The notes beneath the pieces are model-generated. The model was not told the origin of the DNA and ran no database searches. It saw only the letters and a list, made by a program, of their open reading frames with translations. Shown here in pieces: positions 7,421-8,571 of a stretch of 8,571 nt of DNA (position 1 is the stretch's first letter; each line of letters opens with the position of its first letter). The translations under genes were made by a program, and so were the position numbers. Origin of the DNA: Octopus sinensis (taxonomy: Eukaryota); the NCBI RefSeq assembly GCF_006345805.1, contig NW_021828389.1, positions 1 to 8,571 on the forward strand, given 5' to 3'.

Positions 7421-7576
7421 TCTCTCCTTGTTTTTTCTGTGTCCCTTTCTGTGGAAGAGCGTAGGCTCGAAAATAAAAGATTTTTCAATTCCAGAGCATG
7501 ATACTAATACATCTGTTTGTTTCTACACCACCAGACTTCGTCTTTTGTTTGTTTGTTTTTTTCGTGAATTCTCCCT
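7421..7576 (+). mobile_element. Hammerhead-bearing ~150-bp repeat, copy B, 3' end running into (TA)n
   Basis: Inverted homologue of 6790-6938. GTCCCTTT-CTGTGGA-A-GAGC GTAG GCTC-GAAA-ATA-AAAGA (7441-7480); the ACGU palindrome is lost in this copy. Confidence 0.7.
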
Positions 7577-7588
7577 ATATATTATATA

Positions 7589-7643
<55 letters not shown>

Positions 7644-7658
7644 CATATATATATATAC

Positions 7659-7699
<41 letters not shown>

Positions 7700-7717
7700 A
7701 TATATATATATATATAT

Positions 7718-7791
<74 letters not shown>
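7577..7791. repeat. Long imperfect (TA)n microsatellite
   Basis: Directly visible; source of the YI-repeat ORFs. Confidence 0.98.
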
Positions 7792-7794
<3 letters not shown>

Positions 7795-7797
7795 TTG

Positions 7798-7848
7798 AAT
7801 GGCGGTGCCCCATCATGGCCACAGCTCGTGAGCTGAAACTAGATAAAA
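7798..7848 (+). mobile_element. 51-bp SINE 3'-tail-like unit, second copy, followed by an A-run
   Basis: 48/51 identical to the reverse complement of 68-118; contains the hairpin CAGCTC-GT-GAGCTG. Confidence 0.7.
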
Positions 7849-7863
7849 TGAAAAAAAAATAGG

Positions 7864-7962
7864 TATATACATATATATAGATACATACATACACACACGC
7901 ACGCTCACACACACATATTCACACACGCACAACACACACACACACGTACATACGTACATACA
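7864..7962. repeat. Mixed (TA)/(TACA)/(CA) low-complexity repeat
   Basis: Directly visible. Confidence 0.88.
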
Positions 7963-8237
7963 TCAAGCCTCATTATTAATAGGCGTGCACCATTTCCTGT
8001 TACTTTTATCTGGAAGGAATAACAAAAAGGAGCGCCATTTTCGTTTGTGCTTTTTTCAGGTTAAAGATTCATGTGGCTTTTGTTTCCTCGTGGGCCAGCA
8101 CTGTTGCAGCAGTTACTGAAACAAAGAAGTTCCATCCTGGCACATTCCGTGTTTCAATTCAAACCGCTGAACTAAGACTGAATTATTTAATAAATCCAAT
8201 TATTATTCATTGCGTAGTTTGTGACTACAATGAGAAG

Positions 8238-8415
8238 TTAGTCGCTAATTTTAGCAGTTAATGAGACCACGTGACGTTTCTGCTTTTGGTTGCTGTTGGA
8301 GTAATTTTGGGTTAAGGGACAGGGGTAGGGGTAAGGTGCAGCTTCTTTGTCCTTGGGTGTAATGTAAACATCGTCTGCTGCGATATTAGGTTCTTCATCT
8401 TCGATGCCCTTTCTC
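8238..8415 (-). CDS. Possible terminal coding exon of an unidentified host gene (speculative)
   Basis: After CAG (8418-8416) an open frame reads RKGIEDEEPNIAADDVYITPKDKEAAPYPYPCPLTQNYSNSNQKQKRHVVSLTAKISD*. The composition is protein-like, but I recognise no homologue and the acceptor is separated from the pyrimidine tract by (CA)n. Confidence 0.25.
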
Positions 8416-8422
8416 CTGTTTG

Positions 8423-8423
<1 letters not shown>

Positions 8424-8486
<63 letters not shown>

Positions 8487-8504
8487 TGTGTTTGTGTGTG
8501 TGTG
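8424..8504. repeat. (TG)n microsatellite
   Basis: Directly visible. Confidence 0.98.
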
Positions 8505-8571
8505 TTAATGAAACGAGGAAGCAATCAAAATAAAAACGGCCAGAATTGGAAAATCTTAAAGAAATGTGTTC

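Noticed and set aside
7428-7912. Several YI-repeat ORFs (also the HT/CV ORFs at 4287-4569 and in the (TG)n at 8424-8504)
   Set aside because: They are dinucleotide microsatellite translations.
8060-8194. Plus-strand terminal exon VKDSCGFCFLVGQHCCSSY* after TTTTTTCAG with AATAAA at 8189
   Set aside because: Too short to distinguish from chance, and no recognisable family.
1-8571. CRISPR array, rRNA or prokaryotic operon
   Set aside because: No regularly spaced repeat-spacer units and no gene-dense coding; the window is eukaryotic repeat-rich DNA.

Overview
AT-rich, microsatellite-dense eukaryotic DNA with no intact protein-coding gene. The repeat families and simple-repeat load look like a coleoid cephalopod (Octopus-like) genome; this rests on my recollection of those families, not on a search. 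The window holds decayed non-LTR retrotransposon fragments from three clades: R4/Dong-like RT (821-1680), RTE-like APE endonuclease (about 3700-4403) and a HERO-like C-terminus (6939-7347). It also holds a full-length tRNA-derived SINE with a perfect 12-bp TSD (3101-3463), a tRNA-like remnant and two copies of a 51-bp SINE-tail unit. The most interesting part is 5720-7580. Three different repeat families there each carry a minimal type I hammerhead-ribozyme-like motif (five cores), each has an inverted architecture (a ~600-bp foldback, a unit with 34-bp inverted ends, and an inverted ~150-bp pair bracketing the HERO fragment), and most 3' ends run into (TA)n. This resembles non-autonomous Penelope-like (pLTR/retrozyme-type) elements piling up in TA microsatellites. 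The track ORFs are microsatellite translations, chance ORFs or pieces of the dead retroelements.
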